A stretch of DNA of 62,645 nt, filler included, from Choristocarpus tenellus KU-1152 (GCA_964200185.2; 12 parts of 12 records of this genome joined end to end with filler, not necessarily neighbours in it), one strand, 5' to 3'; shown: positions 1-13,000, counted from the whole stretch's first letter. The notes: generated from the letters alone by a model not told the origin. Numbers and translations: made by a program.

Positions 1-146
1 GGGTCTGCCCCAGGGTGTCCATTTGGGTCATAACCAGGAAAAGTGCACTTACATTATCCATCCGACGTATGCAATCAAGTAACTCACAATATGAAAAAAT
101 TGGCCCCAAATGGACAGCCGCCACCCCCTCTAAGATACTTTGAGTT
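1..146 (+). mobile_element. MITE family A, 5'-truncated by window edge
   Basis: Interior matches 6530-6706 (ccagggtgtccatttgg...ccccaaatggacagccgccacc); ends ccctctaagatactttgagtt. Confidence 0.85.
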
Positions 147-3100
147 TCTCCAAGCTGTTCCGTTTCACTTGGCGGTTCATAGCCACTCTCACTTTGTGAT
201 GGTGCCACCCACAACTAATGCTTGGATGCTGCATCTCCCATTCACATGGGACTACTTTTATTGCCCCTAGTTTAGAGACCTTACTCTACATAGTGACATG
301 CATTGAACTACCTTTCTGACCTCCATCAAAACCTCCTCCTCTTTTACCACTCATTTTGGAAAGAAACAAACAGCTCACACCTCTGGCTTGTATAGCATAG
401 GGTAGAGCATTCCCAACTGGCTCTGAGGACGATATCGCTAGGAGAGAGGATCAGTTGACAAACGATACACCTAACAATGCACAGCATTCTGGATTTCAAG
501 AACAGTGGAGTGGTTGCAGCCCTTTGTGACAGCTCCGTATTCAATGTACTTCAAATTATTTCTGAGGATTGTGTTCCAAGAAATTTTCCCAACTTGCACA
601 GTTGTGTTCTGAGCAGTGCATGCTCACCTGCACCCCCTCAACAACTTTAGCTCTCTCGCTTTCCAATAATGCCTTTCCCTGTCTCCCCAGTAGCCAGAAG
701 TCTCTGAGAAAATCACTGCAGTCTGCCCGTCCATCTCCTCGTTTGTCATACATGCTGACCTGTCCATTATTGATGCACGCGAAGGATATCAATACTTTTT
801 CTCATCCTTTCACTTTTAGATCATGAAGTGCTAGGTGAACTAGAATATATTTGGTGTTTTGAAAAACATACGCACACACTGTGTGCCAGTGTCGCTTTTA
901 TCTTTTGGACTCGGTTCGTTGCTCCTTGGAGGGACAATAGCTTTGGGTGGTTAAGCTCCTGTAAAGGTTGAAGCAGTGCTGCAACTCGTTATGGGAAAAG
1001 GATTGGGGCTCATGAGAGTGGAAACGAACATAAGGGGAGGAATATATATATATATATATGATTGATCAAGGCACACGAGACAATAATAGCGGTATTTTTC
1101 ATCCCTATGAGGACCACACTTTTCATCTGCTTCCTTGTCCTATCTATTCTAGGCAACATTTGCCCTCTGTGTAAATGTTACTCACATCAACTCACCAAAA
1201 TGCCCAGTTCTCTGGGTTTCAGTAAGACTCCGAAGTTTGTTCGGAACAGTTCCTTGAACTCTGTTGGCCCCAGGGACACGCTTTCAAATCCTGGCATAAC
1301 AAGGAGTTGAGTTTTGACATTGGTATTGATAATGAAGGAGAGGGGGGGTGCACCAATATCTAGTATCGAATACAGTATAGATTGCCCAACATGTGACGTA
1401 ATAATTGTCTGTGTCTAGAACTCTTGATATCTTGCGACAACCCTGCTCTGTCTTGCGCTATGTATACCTGTATACCTGCAGCTATCCCCCCCAATTTCAT
1501 ACCCCCCTATACTTTACAGCTACATTTCGTTCGGCACGTTGGAGGTTTCTCACCCCTTAGCGAGCCGTTCTTGACAGGGTCCCACTTTGTTGCTATAGTG
1601 ATGAGATGCTGCTGTGCCAATTTTGCTTCGGGGAGTCTAAGCAAGAGACTTCTTCGATGACGAAACTGAGGTGAGGAGTGGACAAGGGAGTTAGTCGATC
1701 AACAAAGGTGAAAAATATAAATCTGCGTCGAACAAGGGGGCTCCTCGGTGTACGCATGAAGGCAAAGTCGTGAGGATCGAGACTTGTCACTGATGAGTCC
1801 CAAGATTCTCCAGTGAGCAAATGGTGTCCCATAATGCTCAACCAAATGCCTTCAATCCATGATAGCAAGTGAGGATAAATCGAAGAATGTAACGTCGTTA
1901 CAGTTTAATAACGACGTTGTTTAAAGCTTACCACATCGGGGTCCACGTTTACTCCAGACCTCTCCTTCATGTATGACGGTAGAGACGCGTATGTTGTCTG
2001 GGTACGGAAACCGGTAGTGGAGGAGCAAGGTCCACCAATACGTCGCCCATTTGCACCGTTGGAGAACAGAGAAGGATAATGATCATTTTTGGACCATATC
2101 TCCTCATCCTCATTCTTCCGATCGTCCTCACCCAACGCCCCCATGTCGGTAGAGTGTGAGTGGTAGTGGATGCTGAAAGTGAACTTGGTCGACGATGACA
2201 ATTTGCCCTCAGAACATGCTCGTTTGTACCTACCTTACCGAGTAATATACCAGTGGAGCATACCCCGAATAATATGGAGACCAAAGATGCACGGTGGTAG
2301 ATGATACAAACCGAGATGGAAGGTAACAACCTCTGATCAACCTCGTAAGCGCTACGAGACCTCGCACTGGTGTGTACTTCAATGAGATTATGTAGTTCAA
2401 AGGTTGTATTTCTATTGGTCATATGACGCTGTTTCGAAACGGTTACCTCGTTTTATGTGACAAAAGGGGTAATCGAATTCAGCTAACTCTCAACAGTGAA
2501 GTGATGTTGTACAAATACTATATCTTCATCATCAGTGTTCTCCGCCATTATTTTCAGCCCTAGATAGTAGAGAGGGAAGGTCATTGCTTGGCCTGATAGC
2601 CATGAGGTTCATTTTAAAGATGCCCGTCATGTTTATGCCAACAACATCAATTCCTCCTGTTGTAGCAGTACAGTATCCCCTTAAAACAAATAGAAATGGA
2701 ACACCCTCCATCTGGCGAAGACCGTGCTCCACCCTGAATATCTTCTCTCCTCCAGTGGAACTTCTTTCCCGCATTGGAGAACATATGCCTATAAGGTGCT
2801 CATCCACCACGACTAACCTGATGGTAGAGGGAGAGCAGGCAGATATGGGTGATGAGGTGAGCTGTGTTAGAGGATAATGACTCTCCTGTCTGTTGCCATT
2901 GCTATTCTATGCAGCTACTTGAGTAATGATTCGACACGCTAAAGCATATCAGTTATTCACATCTTAAGCGATTGCGTGGGAAATGGGGTAAGGGAGGGGC
3001 GGATATTTGCATGCCAGTGCTGGTCGTACTCTGCGCTCTCTCCTTGACCTCCATTGCTTGCGGGGTATTCCTTTCGGTCACGTTCTCTTCGCCTGCCTGT

Positions 3101-3205
3101 TTTTGATTTTCCTCGCTTGTGGGCTATTCCTCTTCTACCCCCTTACTTTTTTCAAGCAATTTTTATCAGTAAATCGACTCCTGTCTATGCAACCTAATGC
3201 TCTAG

Positions 3206-4126
3206 GCATTGGCATCGGTTGTCTTGCTCAGGCGTTTGCTGGACGAAGTGGCAGGCAAAGCTCTAGTGATTACAGGGGCTGGAGTTTCAACCGACAGTGG
3301 CATTCCTGATTATCGGGGTCCAAATGGATCGTACTCGAGGGGGCACAAACCGATGATGCACGACGAGTTCATCAGCTCTGAGAATAGCAGGAAAAGGTGA
3401 CCACATTAGTATGGTAACTCAATGAGCCGAATTGGTGCACTGTTTCTGCAGGAGATGGGCTGCAAAACCCTTTGGTTATGGTTTACATCCCCATCAGATG
3501 TTGAGGTGTGTACTACGGTAGGGATATTACAGGCTAACCATTGCATTGTACCGTTTGCAATGAACTTCAATTTCGGTATTGAAGGTTCTTTGCATGACGT
3601 TAACATAAGAAGACCGTGGAATATTGAGAGTAATTTTCATGCATAATTTTTCTCATTCCTCCTCTCTGGCAGTGACTTTTCCACCCGCGCTCATTCTCGA
3701 GGTTTGACGCCTTCGCTTCGGCAAGTAAGTTTAGCTTACTCCTCTACTCCATCCAATGTCCATGTGACTACTGTATATATGAATCCTCTACATGTGCCTA
3801 TCATGTTGCACACAGTCTTGTCCACTGCACTTGAAGTATCTGCTTCAGTGGGCAAAAACGCTTGACTAAACCCAGTGCTCTTGCACAAGTATAGACATTG
3901 TGCCCCAGAACATCAAAATCCACTGATTGTACATGTAGCCGTCTATATCCAAAACCTCAACAAACGTCCCACCAACTCCACACACCCCACAATCACTACT
4001 TTGTACAGGTACTGGGCACGTTCTATATTTGGCTGGCCCAGCTTCAGTGCTGCACGTCCTAATGCCTCACACTTTGCCCTTGCCAACCTAGAGGCACAAG
4101 GGAGGATCAATGGCATAGTTACACAG
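3206..4126 (+). CDS. SIRT4: NAD-dependent sirtuin, class II (SIRT4-like), partial; exons 3206-3396 and 4009-4126
   Basis: ITGAGVSTDSGIPDYRGPNGSY...R|YWARSIFGWPSFSAARPNASHFALANLE...IVTQ. GT-AG intron with matching phase 2 (AG|G). The YWARS..GWP motif is typical of the SIRT4 class. Confidence 0.92.
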
Positions 4127-4268
4127 GTAGGTTCAAACTCCAAACTCTCACAGCAGTATTTGTCTGTAGATTCTATCGTGGTGGGGAGATGTAGGTGGAG
4201 AGAGGATGTTTGTTGTTGTATTCCTGAAATATTTATTTTGTATGCCGTTCACTATAGTATACAGTAGA

Positions 4269-4338
4269 GGCTCAAAGTATCTGGGAGGGGGTGGCGGCTG
4301 TCCATTTGGGGTCCATTTTTTCATTTCGCGATTTTTTG
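4269..4338 (-). mobile_element. MITE family A, partial (runs into gap)
   Basis: ggctcaaagtatctgggagggggtggcggctgtccatttgggg is the reverse complement of the family A 3' end. Confidence 0.85.
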
Positions 4339-4438
4339 NNNNNNNNNNNNNNNNNNNNNNNNNNNNNNNNNNNNNNNNNNNNTTAATTAATTAANNNNNN
4401 NNNNNNNNNNNNNNNNNNNNNNNNNNNNNNNNNNNNNN
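4339..4438. other. Artificial contig linker (N44-TTAATTAATTAA-N44); also at 11024, 20489, 25545, 33745, 39382, 42349, 50955, 53635, 56499, 59804
   Basis: Identical 100-nt spacer with stops in all six frames, 11 occurrences. Confidence 0.97.
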
Positions 4439-4467
4439 GGGGGGGGGGGGGTGCACGTGGAGATCGG

Positions 4468-4479
<12 letters not shown>

Positions 4480-4513
<34 letters not shown>

Positions 4514-4563
4514 GGCTATACCAGGGTGTCTATTTGGACCAAAATCAAGAAAAGTGCATTTAC
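4480..4563 (+). mobile_element. MITE family A, 5' fragment
   Basis: poly-G followed by ccagggtgtctatttggaccaaaatcaagaaaagtgcatttac. Confidence 0.7.
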
Positions 4564-4569
4564 TGATAG

Positions 4570-5870
4570 TTGCATTGCGCTGCAAAGCAAAGAGGGTCCC
4601 CGCTGGATGTGCGAAGTTTTGACTTACTTTATTCATTCTAGTGTTTTTGTTTAGTTCCACACTACTGCCTGAAATATTATATCTTTGAATATCTTAGCAG
4701 GACTTTGCCCGTGTCAGTCTGTACATATACACAGCCCATTGGATCTCATTCGCAAAATCTGTATCTTGACTCCTTCATATCTCGTCATGGTCTTCATCTT
4801 CTTCCCAGACATGGTCATCCCAAACGTATCACGTACTGATACGATCATGGCCATCACCTTGGTCAAGCCTTTGGCATCCTTGGTATAGTGACTTGCATCG
4901 TAGGTATATGACAGAATACCTCACAACAGGTGTTGTAAAGTGTGTATCTTCAACATTCCCTGCCCATCCTCATAGTTGTAGCGCCCCCTTTACCCCTCTT
5001 TATGGCAACAACATTGGCCATGCCCTCCTCACTAGATCCCATTTGACTTGAGAATTGCAGTGAAGAAACATCAATGATACACTGAACGAACTTTGGAGAG
5101 AGGACACACGCAGAGATGATATACCTAGTCGGCTGGAATCCATTCGACACATTCTCCATCGCCCATGTGGACACGGAGAGTGCCTTCCATAATGAAATGT
5201 GTGGGGTCATCTAGTCTGACACTCCAATTTTTCCTAGGACTTGCCACAAGGGGACACGGTTGGCAACATACATTATTTTGCCTTCTGCTGGTCAATGAAA
5301 CATAACATTTTACCCCCAGAATAGAATCTACAGGGAGGGGTAGTTCGTGCTTCTACATTTCGAGCTCCTGAAAGGTGCATAGCACCACGAACACAAGCCA
5401 TGTATACCTCAAATCTAAGATGTCGCTACTTCTCAATAAAAAAAACAGAACATCTCAAGTTCAAGCGCCCAACGTTCCTGAAGGTTGTTTACTGTACAAC
5501 ATGATGCTCTTAAGAAATGAATATGAATACAAACTTATTTTCGTTACATGTAGGTTAACTGCAAGATCTAGTTCTCTGTCTGGACCTTGCAGTGTAAAGA
5601 CTTTGTGGTGAGTTGTCCATGCACCACAATATTTTCAATGAAACATATTGGTTTATTCCTTGAGATGGGTGATGATATGCACGCCAAGTAAATCAGAGTG
5701 ACATCAGAAGCTCACCGTGTCATTCCGATCTGTGTGACTTCACCTCGGATGAATACAAACGATTTTGGGATGATTCGGTATCAACATTCACTGTATCAGT
5801 ATGTTTACTTTTCTCATAATCAAATGCTGACTGACAAGAACAATTTTTGAATCCATGCATGAACCATCAT
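4570..5870 (-). mobile_element. Decayed Ty1/Copia RT-RNase H remnant
   Basis: Degenerate motifs in Copia order across frameshifts: DLLGVHI (LG.I), PTRYIISACVLSPKFV (TRPDI.AV.LS.F), LSYTYDASH (GY.DAD), ICTD, KTSHI (RTKHI). Confidence 0.45.
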
Positions 5871-5899
5871 TAGGGACTTCGCCCTACACAACCCACTTA

Positions 5900-6145
5900 G
5901 AGCCAAAGTATCCTATAGGGTAGAGCCGCATCACAACATTGGATTTTGATATAATTTTGGCTATCGGACTTGTTAGAGGAAGTAGTGTCAATATCCTTGT
6001 TCCCGACACACCTTTTCATAATATATAAATTTTACCTACTCTTAAACATTTTGGAGTAGGAAAATGTCATAAAAACCCCATGAATCCAAGCCCCAAATAA
6101 TGGACAAACAGGGCAAAACTCGTACCCTCTAAGATACTTTCACTC
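5900..6145. mobile_element. MITE family B (small internal deletion)
   Basis: TIRs gagccaaagtatc.../...ccctctaagatactttcactc; interior homologous to 27316-27574. Confidence 0.88.
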
Positions 6146-6529
6146 ATTCCTCTTCAAATGTGTACACTCAGAGACAGCTAATATAGTAGTATCAATAGTA
6201 GGCGGTACATCCCACACAACTAGCAACTCTGACTTTTCGTGATAACACTGGGTTATTTAATTGCCTTGCGGTGTACATACGGATAGATTGGCACAGCATA
6301 CATAATCATGAAATGAAATATGCAGGCACTCGCTGTTGGAGTACAAAAAGGTATTGGACAGAACAGTAGTCACATACACATATATTTTAATATTATATAT
6401 AGTGAAGGACTCAAACATCATGGAAGTGTGGGGGTACTCTTCTTCCATGTACTCGGAGCAAACAAATGTATAATTAATTTACCTCGCTCGGCAAAGGGTC
6501 CTACATGGGTAGAGTGGGACCTAATCTAA

Positions 6530-6706
6530 GACCCAAAGTATCTGGGGAGGGAGGTCTACGCCAGGGTGTCCATTTGGTCCAAAATCAGGAAAAGTGCATC
6601 TACATTATCCATCCGATGTATGCAACCAAATCATTCAAAAATCGCGATATTATGAAAAAATCGACCCTAAATGGACAGCCGCCACCCCCCCCAGATACTT
6701 TGAGCC
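6530..6706 (+). mobile_element. MITE family A, full length, TSD CTAA
   Basis: ctaa|gacccaaagtatctgggg...cccagatactttgagcc|ctaa. Confidence 0.93.
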
Positions 6707-7599
6707 CTAAGTTGCTATTTTGTTGCTATTTACTGCTACTACTCAGTATACGGATGTTGTAAGGTGTACACTTAGAAATCTTGCAGTGCCTCACACTACA
6801 AGATAGAAACTCTTAGTATCACTATTGTGTGGTCATACCTATGAGGTATTTTCTACAAGTTCACCTAACACACTATCCATCACAGGACAAGGAGAGGTAA
6901 ATAAGTAGATCATCTCCATCCCCACTCCTTCATTTGGGTGGGGTGTAACATGTGACCAAAATACACACGATCCGTTATTTGCGACTATCAGCAAGTCCTC
7001 TTCTCACAAACTAAATAATCATGTTCTCAACTCTTCTAATCTTTTACTCTTTCTCATTGAGCATTCTTTCTCCATGTGTGATGCAGGCATGTCATTACAG
7101 TACTTGGCGATACCAACTACAACAGCACTCACTCTACTGGTCATAAATGTGTCGTTTCAGCCACCTGTATCACGAGGAAGGGACTCGCAAAAGCAAGGCT
7201 CCTTTCTCAGGGAGAAACTCTACTACGTGATGTAACTAACAGGCAATGTCACACTCTTCCCAGGAATACACTGAAGCTGTAGTGGAGTAACAGGCTGTGG
7301 AAGAACTAAGATACTCAACGACGAACTAGCGCCTGCCACAACCAACCAGACAGTCACCCATGCCGATGAAATAGCAACATCCCCCTACTTGCAACAAGAT
7401 ATTTGCCTCTCAGGAGCTTGTCTTGTGAAAGAGGAATTGCTCTAGCACACACTGGTTGGAATAAGTAGCAGGTCCTTGGCGCAAGACACAGGGCTTATTG
7501 ACCAAAGGCATCTAAACCGATCAGTCTTCATCTTCATAAAGATCTTCCAGAAACTGGGAGATGCCTGTGGTTCACACATAAAAACACAGTATTGTGGCA

Positions 7600-8900
7600 G
7601 ACATGGGGGTAATGAGTGTCATCAGTAGGAAAAAGCACGGGTGGGATGCATTAGAACAACGTTTTAATGATTATAAATTGAAGTATCATTCTACAGTCAA
7701 CTCAGAGCCATAGCATCTATTTCCTTAAATGATGCAGAAGCAACGGCAGAACAAAGTGGCGAGGGAAGTGGGGGGTAGGGAGGGCGGGGTTGAGTACTCA
7801 CAAAATGCTTCCAGATCCATTTCTAAATCCATTCAAAGACCGACTTCGACCCGCATTATACTCAGGAGTACTATGCCAGGTCTGTGAAACTCAGTACAGC
7901 AGTGTGTAGTGGACAATTGGATCCCTCACCGAGCACACCACAAAGTGTGGGAGGAAGGCTACATGCAAGGTCCAAGTGGTGGTTCATCGCCTGGATCACA
8001 TTGCCCAGACTATCCCATGGGCTGCTGCTCTACATAATTCAGAGTGGGCAAGACTCGGTGGATCAATCCTTGATCCTCAGAGTAGAGCTCTAGGAGCAGA
8101 CCAAACAGGAGCTGAGTGATGGGCAGTGAATGATGGTGATAGATGTGTATGGTCATTGTCAAGAATAGGTAGAAGCGGTGTATACTGCAGGGTGATGTTC
8201 CAGGGATTCTAACTATAATGCAAGTCCCACCACGGTTGCCTGTTAGGATTCTTGTACACAGAAGTTTCAAATTATACTTCAAGTACCCCAAAGAGGTGTA
8301 ACTGAGTTCATGCAAAGCCCTTCATAAAATATCGAAATGTGATGAGCCCATTCCATTAGTGAATAAGACACAAATATAGCTGTATATCAAAACTAATCCA
8401 AGAGCAGTATTAATGAACACTTTGAAGAAGTAAATTTTGGTTAAACAGATTAATGGACAGATGAATTAGGCACATAGAATATTGCCTATCTAAAATGTAC
8501 TTTTCATTAAATTAGAAAAAAATGGATGTGATGATATTGCTTGGTCATTGTAACAGTAGTTACAAGGGAAAAGGATGGTTGGGAAGGATCTGGTACTTAT
8601 CAACATCTCACCCAGACCGGAGAACGCGGAATTAGCCACATTCCAACCCTTCTTCTTGAACAGGCCACTCAAGGCAAATGACTTCTCCACCTGGTCAGGC
8701 GTGAAAACTGCATCAGTAGCAAAGCTCCTGCAAGTTTGTACCCAAAGACAAGAGGGTTGGCATGTGGTCAAGGGCAATTGGTGGCACAGTAGACTTGTAT
8801 CACCACAAAAATTCCATGTCACTAGTATGTCAACATACATCAGGCAACAGAATACAGCAATAGAGGCCTCTGGGAGGACGACAGTCTAACACGCCTTATT
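7600..8900 (+). mobile_element. Decayed non-LTR (LINE) reverse transcriptase remnant
   Basis: DSVDQSLILRV (AFDSV.h.ll), VMFQG (GV.QG), GCDDIA (YADD), DLVLIN (GL.IN) in the correct order, with stops and frameshifts. Confidence 0.5.
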
Positions 8901-9385
8901 GCATTAGTACTCTTCTCTAGTGGTAATAAACCCAAGAGACATGACTTTGGAATTGTGAATCCTCGGGGTTGGCCAATCACCCCCAAAAAATCAACACTTT
9001 ATCATCAGCATCTGTGACAAATGCGGACACACAGATGTGGTTAATTTCTGAAAGGCTGAAAACTAGCTGCCCTGACAAGAGTACATTGCGCATGACATGG
9101 TGTACAAAAACATATATATATATATATTGCAGTACATCTAAAGTCTCCTTACAGCACGAGGAGAGAATGGAAATCACTTGAACCTGCACACAAAACTCAC
9201 CACAATCTGAAAAATAGATGGCATCCCCCTCACTGCTCACCAAATTGCCACAAACGCCACCTCTTCCCCCCTACCTCGCAAACCTCCACAACAAATGTCA
9301 TGTCCGTCACAAGCAATGTGACGACGTGACACAGCAGCAAGGGTGATGGGGGGTGGAACCGATCAGGAACTACTCTATGTCTCAC

Positions 9386-9582
9386 CCATGCAGTTGGTGC
9401 GGCACAAAACCCTTCAGCAGCATACGACACACAGGTCCAGCTGATGGTTTACCAGCATCCAACAGGATTACCTCTGTCTTCTGATCCCTCCCATTCACAA
9501 CTGTTGTCACTAGGTACCCACTGTCCTCTGCCTCCGTCTCAGTAGAGTCTCCCAGTGTGCTCTTCCGTGGCACAAAGGTGGG
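9386..9582 (-). CDS. Carotenoid oxygenase (RPE65/CCD family), near-C-terminal exon
   Basis: PTFVPRK...AEDSGYLVTTVVNGRDQKTEVILLDA...GPVCRMLLKGFVPHQLHG; acceptor acccag, donor gtgaga. Confidence 0.85.
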
Positions 9583-11123
9583 CTGGGTGTACGGTCAAAC
9601 AGCAAGAGGTATGAATGAGGCAAGGGGTACACCGAGTAAGACGTGCTCGCATACTTCATGAGCAGATGGCTCGCCTTGAACTTCACGTCAGTTGCAACCT
9701 CAGCAGCCTCACTATTGCTGTACCCTAGTGGGGAAGTGCTATTGGAGCCTGCACATAATACCACATACTGATGGCAACTACCACTATGTCCTTGAGTTTT
9801 CATTCCTCTATAGCGATGTCCCATACGGAAGTTGTGACAAGGAGGATGTACAAAAGAGATAAAAATCGATCACTTTTCAGGTGTACCTCAAATCCTCTCT
9901 TTTTTGTTTTTTTTTCCTTCCCATTTATAACGGTAAACCCCAACAATGTTTCTACTTGACGTGCTGGAGTGACAGGTTCAAAACAAAGATAGATTAAGAA
10001 CAAAAAAAAATCGAACCGAGCGAACCACTTGAAGAGTTTAAAATACTTCGCTGCCCTTACCGTCCATTGCGTCACATAGAAGATGAAATACCCTGTCTAA
10101 AGGTCGGTCATAACGCAGCCACTGTCACCTTCCACCTCGAAGCATGAGGATGCAGTTTCAACAGTGCCTGTATAGACACACCTGGATGACACGATACTCT
10201 CAATGGAGTTGCGTGCTATTGTGGTGGCGGTACTCCTAAAAAACACATGCTTACAAAACAAGTCCAATGGTACTCCTTGCCAGCAAAAAAACGCCTTCCA
10301 GAATCCTCTCAATCTGACAAAGATAATGGTTGAACACAGAGCAGACCACCCTTCGTCAAAAACAAGGGGAGGGGACAGATCCACCTCCAGATAGGAATGG
10401 TTTAATCTACCTCCGTTCTGTTGTAGCTAATTTGCCGTCACACACAACAAACATTTGTGCCAATTGATCTTCCCCGCTTGAAGCCCTTGACACACACCCG
10501 ACACACACCCACACAAAAAAGGCGTCTTCAGGGTAACGTTTTAAGCCTCTACTAGAACGCCCAAGTGCTCACAACACAACACAAGGACTCCCCTCCACGA
10601 CACAAATTGAAGGGAGGGGCTTCTGGAGCACTTGTACTACGAAAGCAAACTTACGACTGTGGCTAATGCCAATGACGCTCACTATCTCTAATGACTTACG
10701 AAGTTCTCAGCCAGAACCAAAGGGCACCCGTCCATAAAGGTCAGCATCCCCCCAAAAAATAGATAACTGGATTTCAGGACAAAAAAAAAAAAAAAAACTA
10801 AACGGCAAACAGAAGGGTCAGTTGCTCCCTTCGTCTCAACTGTTTCCATGCAGTGAACTCAACTCTCACCACCGACCCCATTTTTTGTGTTTGGAACAGG
10901 TGCTAGCAATCGACTAAACTAGTTCCCCAAACTCTACATCCTTAATCAACTCCGCGTGTTCGATCTGAGGGGTGCCCTACAACATATTCCACCGCAGTTA
11001 TCACCCCCCTTGATCTGTCTCATNNNNNNNNNNNNNNNNNNNNNNNNNNNNNNNNNNNNNNNNNNNNTTAATTAATTAANNNNNNNNNNNNNNNNNNNNN
11101 NNNNNNNNNNNNNNNNNNNNNNN

Positions 11124-11173
11124 ATGGATACCCTGGTCTAGACCCCCCCCCCCCCCCCCAGATACTTTGGGTC
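11124..11173 (-). mobile_element. MITE family A terminus at contig start
   Basis: ggataccctggtctagacccc...cagatactttgggtc. Confidence 0.8.
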
Positions 11174-11799
11174 AAAATCATGTAGCATTCTCCAGTGGGT
11201 TCAGGTGTCCATTTGAGACTTGTGTGACCGTTTGATGATTTGATGTCATACGGGTGAATGTGTCCGATGTAAAGGCAACTTCCTCCTTCATTTAAACACA
11301 CCTTCCTCTTCCATGCCTGTCCCTAGACCAAATCCAAAGGAAAATCACTTACTAAAACGGCATCAAGCTGGGGTGTCTTGTTACACCCCATCAACCCTGA
11401 CTGAATTATGTAGGCAAACAGCCCCCCCCATCTGGGATCCTATGGGTCGAATTGGAAGTATTGATCTGACCATTCTTGCTGGTCTTTCAGTGGAACCTTA
11501 CATGGTTGTAAACCAACCTATACAGTAGTTCTAAGAATGCTAAGACTGCTAAGCACCATTTCAAATCTGGAAGCAGATAGGAATTACGAATGTGTAAGGT
11601 CCAGACTTTGAAACTATCACACTAGAGGAAAATCCCTGCAGGGGGGAGTAGCCAACTCCAGTGTTTCTAGCAGGCTATTCATTGCATCCTTCGACATAGT
11701 GTGTACGAATGACCATCATCATCAGAAGAAGATTTTGAGGATCATCTTTTGGAAGGAAATTTCACTCTTGCTCCAATACAGATTTTTGTGGTCAAGTGT

Positions 11800-13000
11800 T
11801 GACAACACAGCATGAACAGGCACGACAAACCCTTGATTGAAGTCCACGACATATTCCCAGAGAGGATACACACACTCCTGGGCCTGTGGAGCTCAAATCA
11901 CATTTGTATGTCCGAGCGAGGTCGTTTTCGGAAATATTTCATTCACATCTCTTGTGTTTGGACCCACCTTTGTCATGTCTACTATAAAACCAACCTCAAT
12001 ATAGTAAGTGCACAATAACTCCTACTAAACAAGTGCAATACATCAAATATATATGAAGTATACAGACTCTAGCTTTGAAAAAAGAATGTTCGAGTTTCGA
12101 ACCGCACACTACTAGCACTTCCGAAAATTCTCACTTCACAGGATCGTGTCTGTTCTATACATGCCATATATATTCACGTTTTCCTTAGTGGGTGAAAATT
12201 TCAATGCACAACAGTCACGGTAAGGCACACCCCCCATAGACAACTTCCGTATCACAACTGTTTCTACAAACATGAATATTTAGATCTTGCCCAGGTGCAG
12301 GCCATAGTCTTGTTTGCTCTATTTCTTTCAGAGGTATTCCAGGAACACACATTGCAGCACATCTCAACAACGGATTAAGAGTCATACTGCATCTGCAGTA
12401 GAGCAGTAGACTGCCAAAAACGGATGAGATCAAATTGTGTTGGTTTGGTCGATAACAAACCCTTGGGAGGCACGTGAATACTTACATGGAAAATCGAAAT
12501 GAGAGTGGAAAGTATTCACGAACGGAGGGGATGGGTCTGACCAAAATTTGAATTCTTTGGTGTCTGTGCCAAACGTGGCCATGATTATCATTCCATTTGC
12601 GTCCATGTATACAACAACTTCAACTCATTAATAATATGTAGAGAATAGTATGTGAAACAAATGTGTACTTTAAGTTTGCATAGACTCTTTCAGCAGAGTA
12701 TCAGACAACACAATTAGTGTGCATACAGAGGCTGAGTACAGCAGATGAGATAGGGATTTGAGATGACAAGCAGCAGGTTTGGAGTACATCGGAGTGAACC
12801 GGAGTTCTTGAAACTGGACGAACCTCCGCACGGTGGAGGAATGTATAATCTTGGCGTCAATCAAACAATGCGGTTTAATATTCATGAACATTTTGTTATT
12901 GGCATTTACATTTGACGGCATTCTCTAACGATAAGTTCATCTATGTATGAGACTTCAAAAACCTCTATTTTGACCAGATCATTTGCTCGCAATGCGTATT
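11800..13000 (-). pseudogene. Decayed intronless RecQ-like helicase, possibly transposon-borne
   Basis: In order: CLIDAKIIH (motif II-like), IIMATFG (motif V-like), HSHFDFPCKYSRASQG (HFD.P...Y.QE.G-like), CL*KQL*YG and CRACSCC (RQC Zn-like); many stops. Confidence 0.4.

Noticed and set aside
4383-4394. Recurrent TTAATTAATTAA palindrome (PacI-like site)
   Set aside because: Always centred in N runs of fixed length; artificial linker
4126-9386. Functional linkage of genes on different contigs (for example sirtuin and carotenoid oxygenase)
   Set aside because: Separated by artificial linkers; adjacency not established
9660-9750. Possible upstream carotenoid oxygenase exon; alternative terminal exons near 9200 or 6420-6450
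   Set aside because: Weak or atypical splice sites; cannot choose without transcripts
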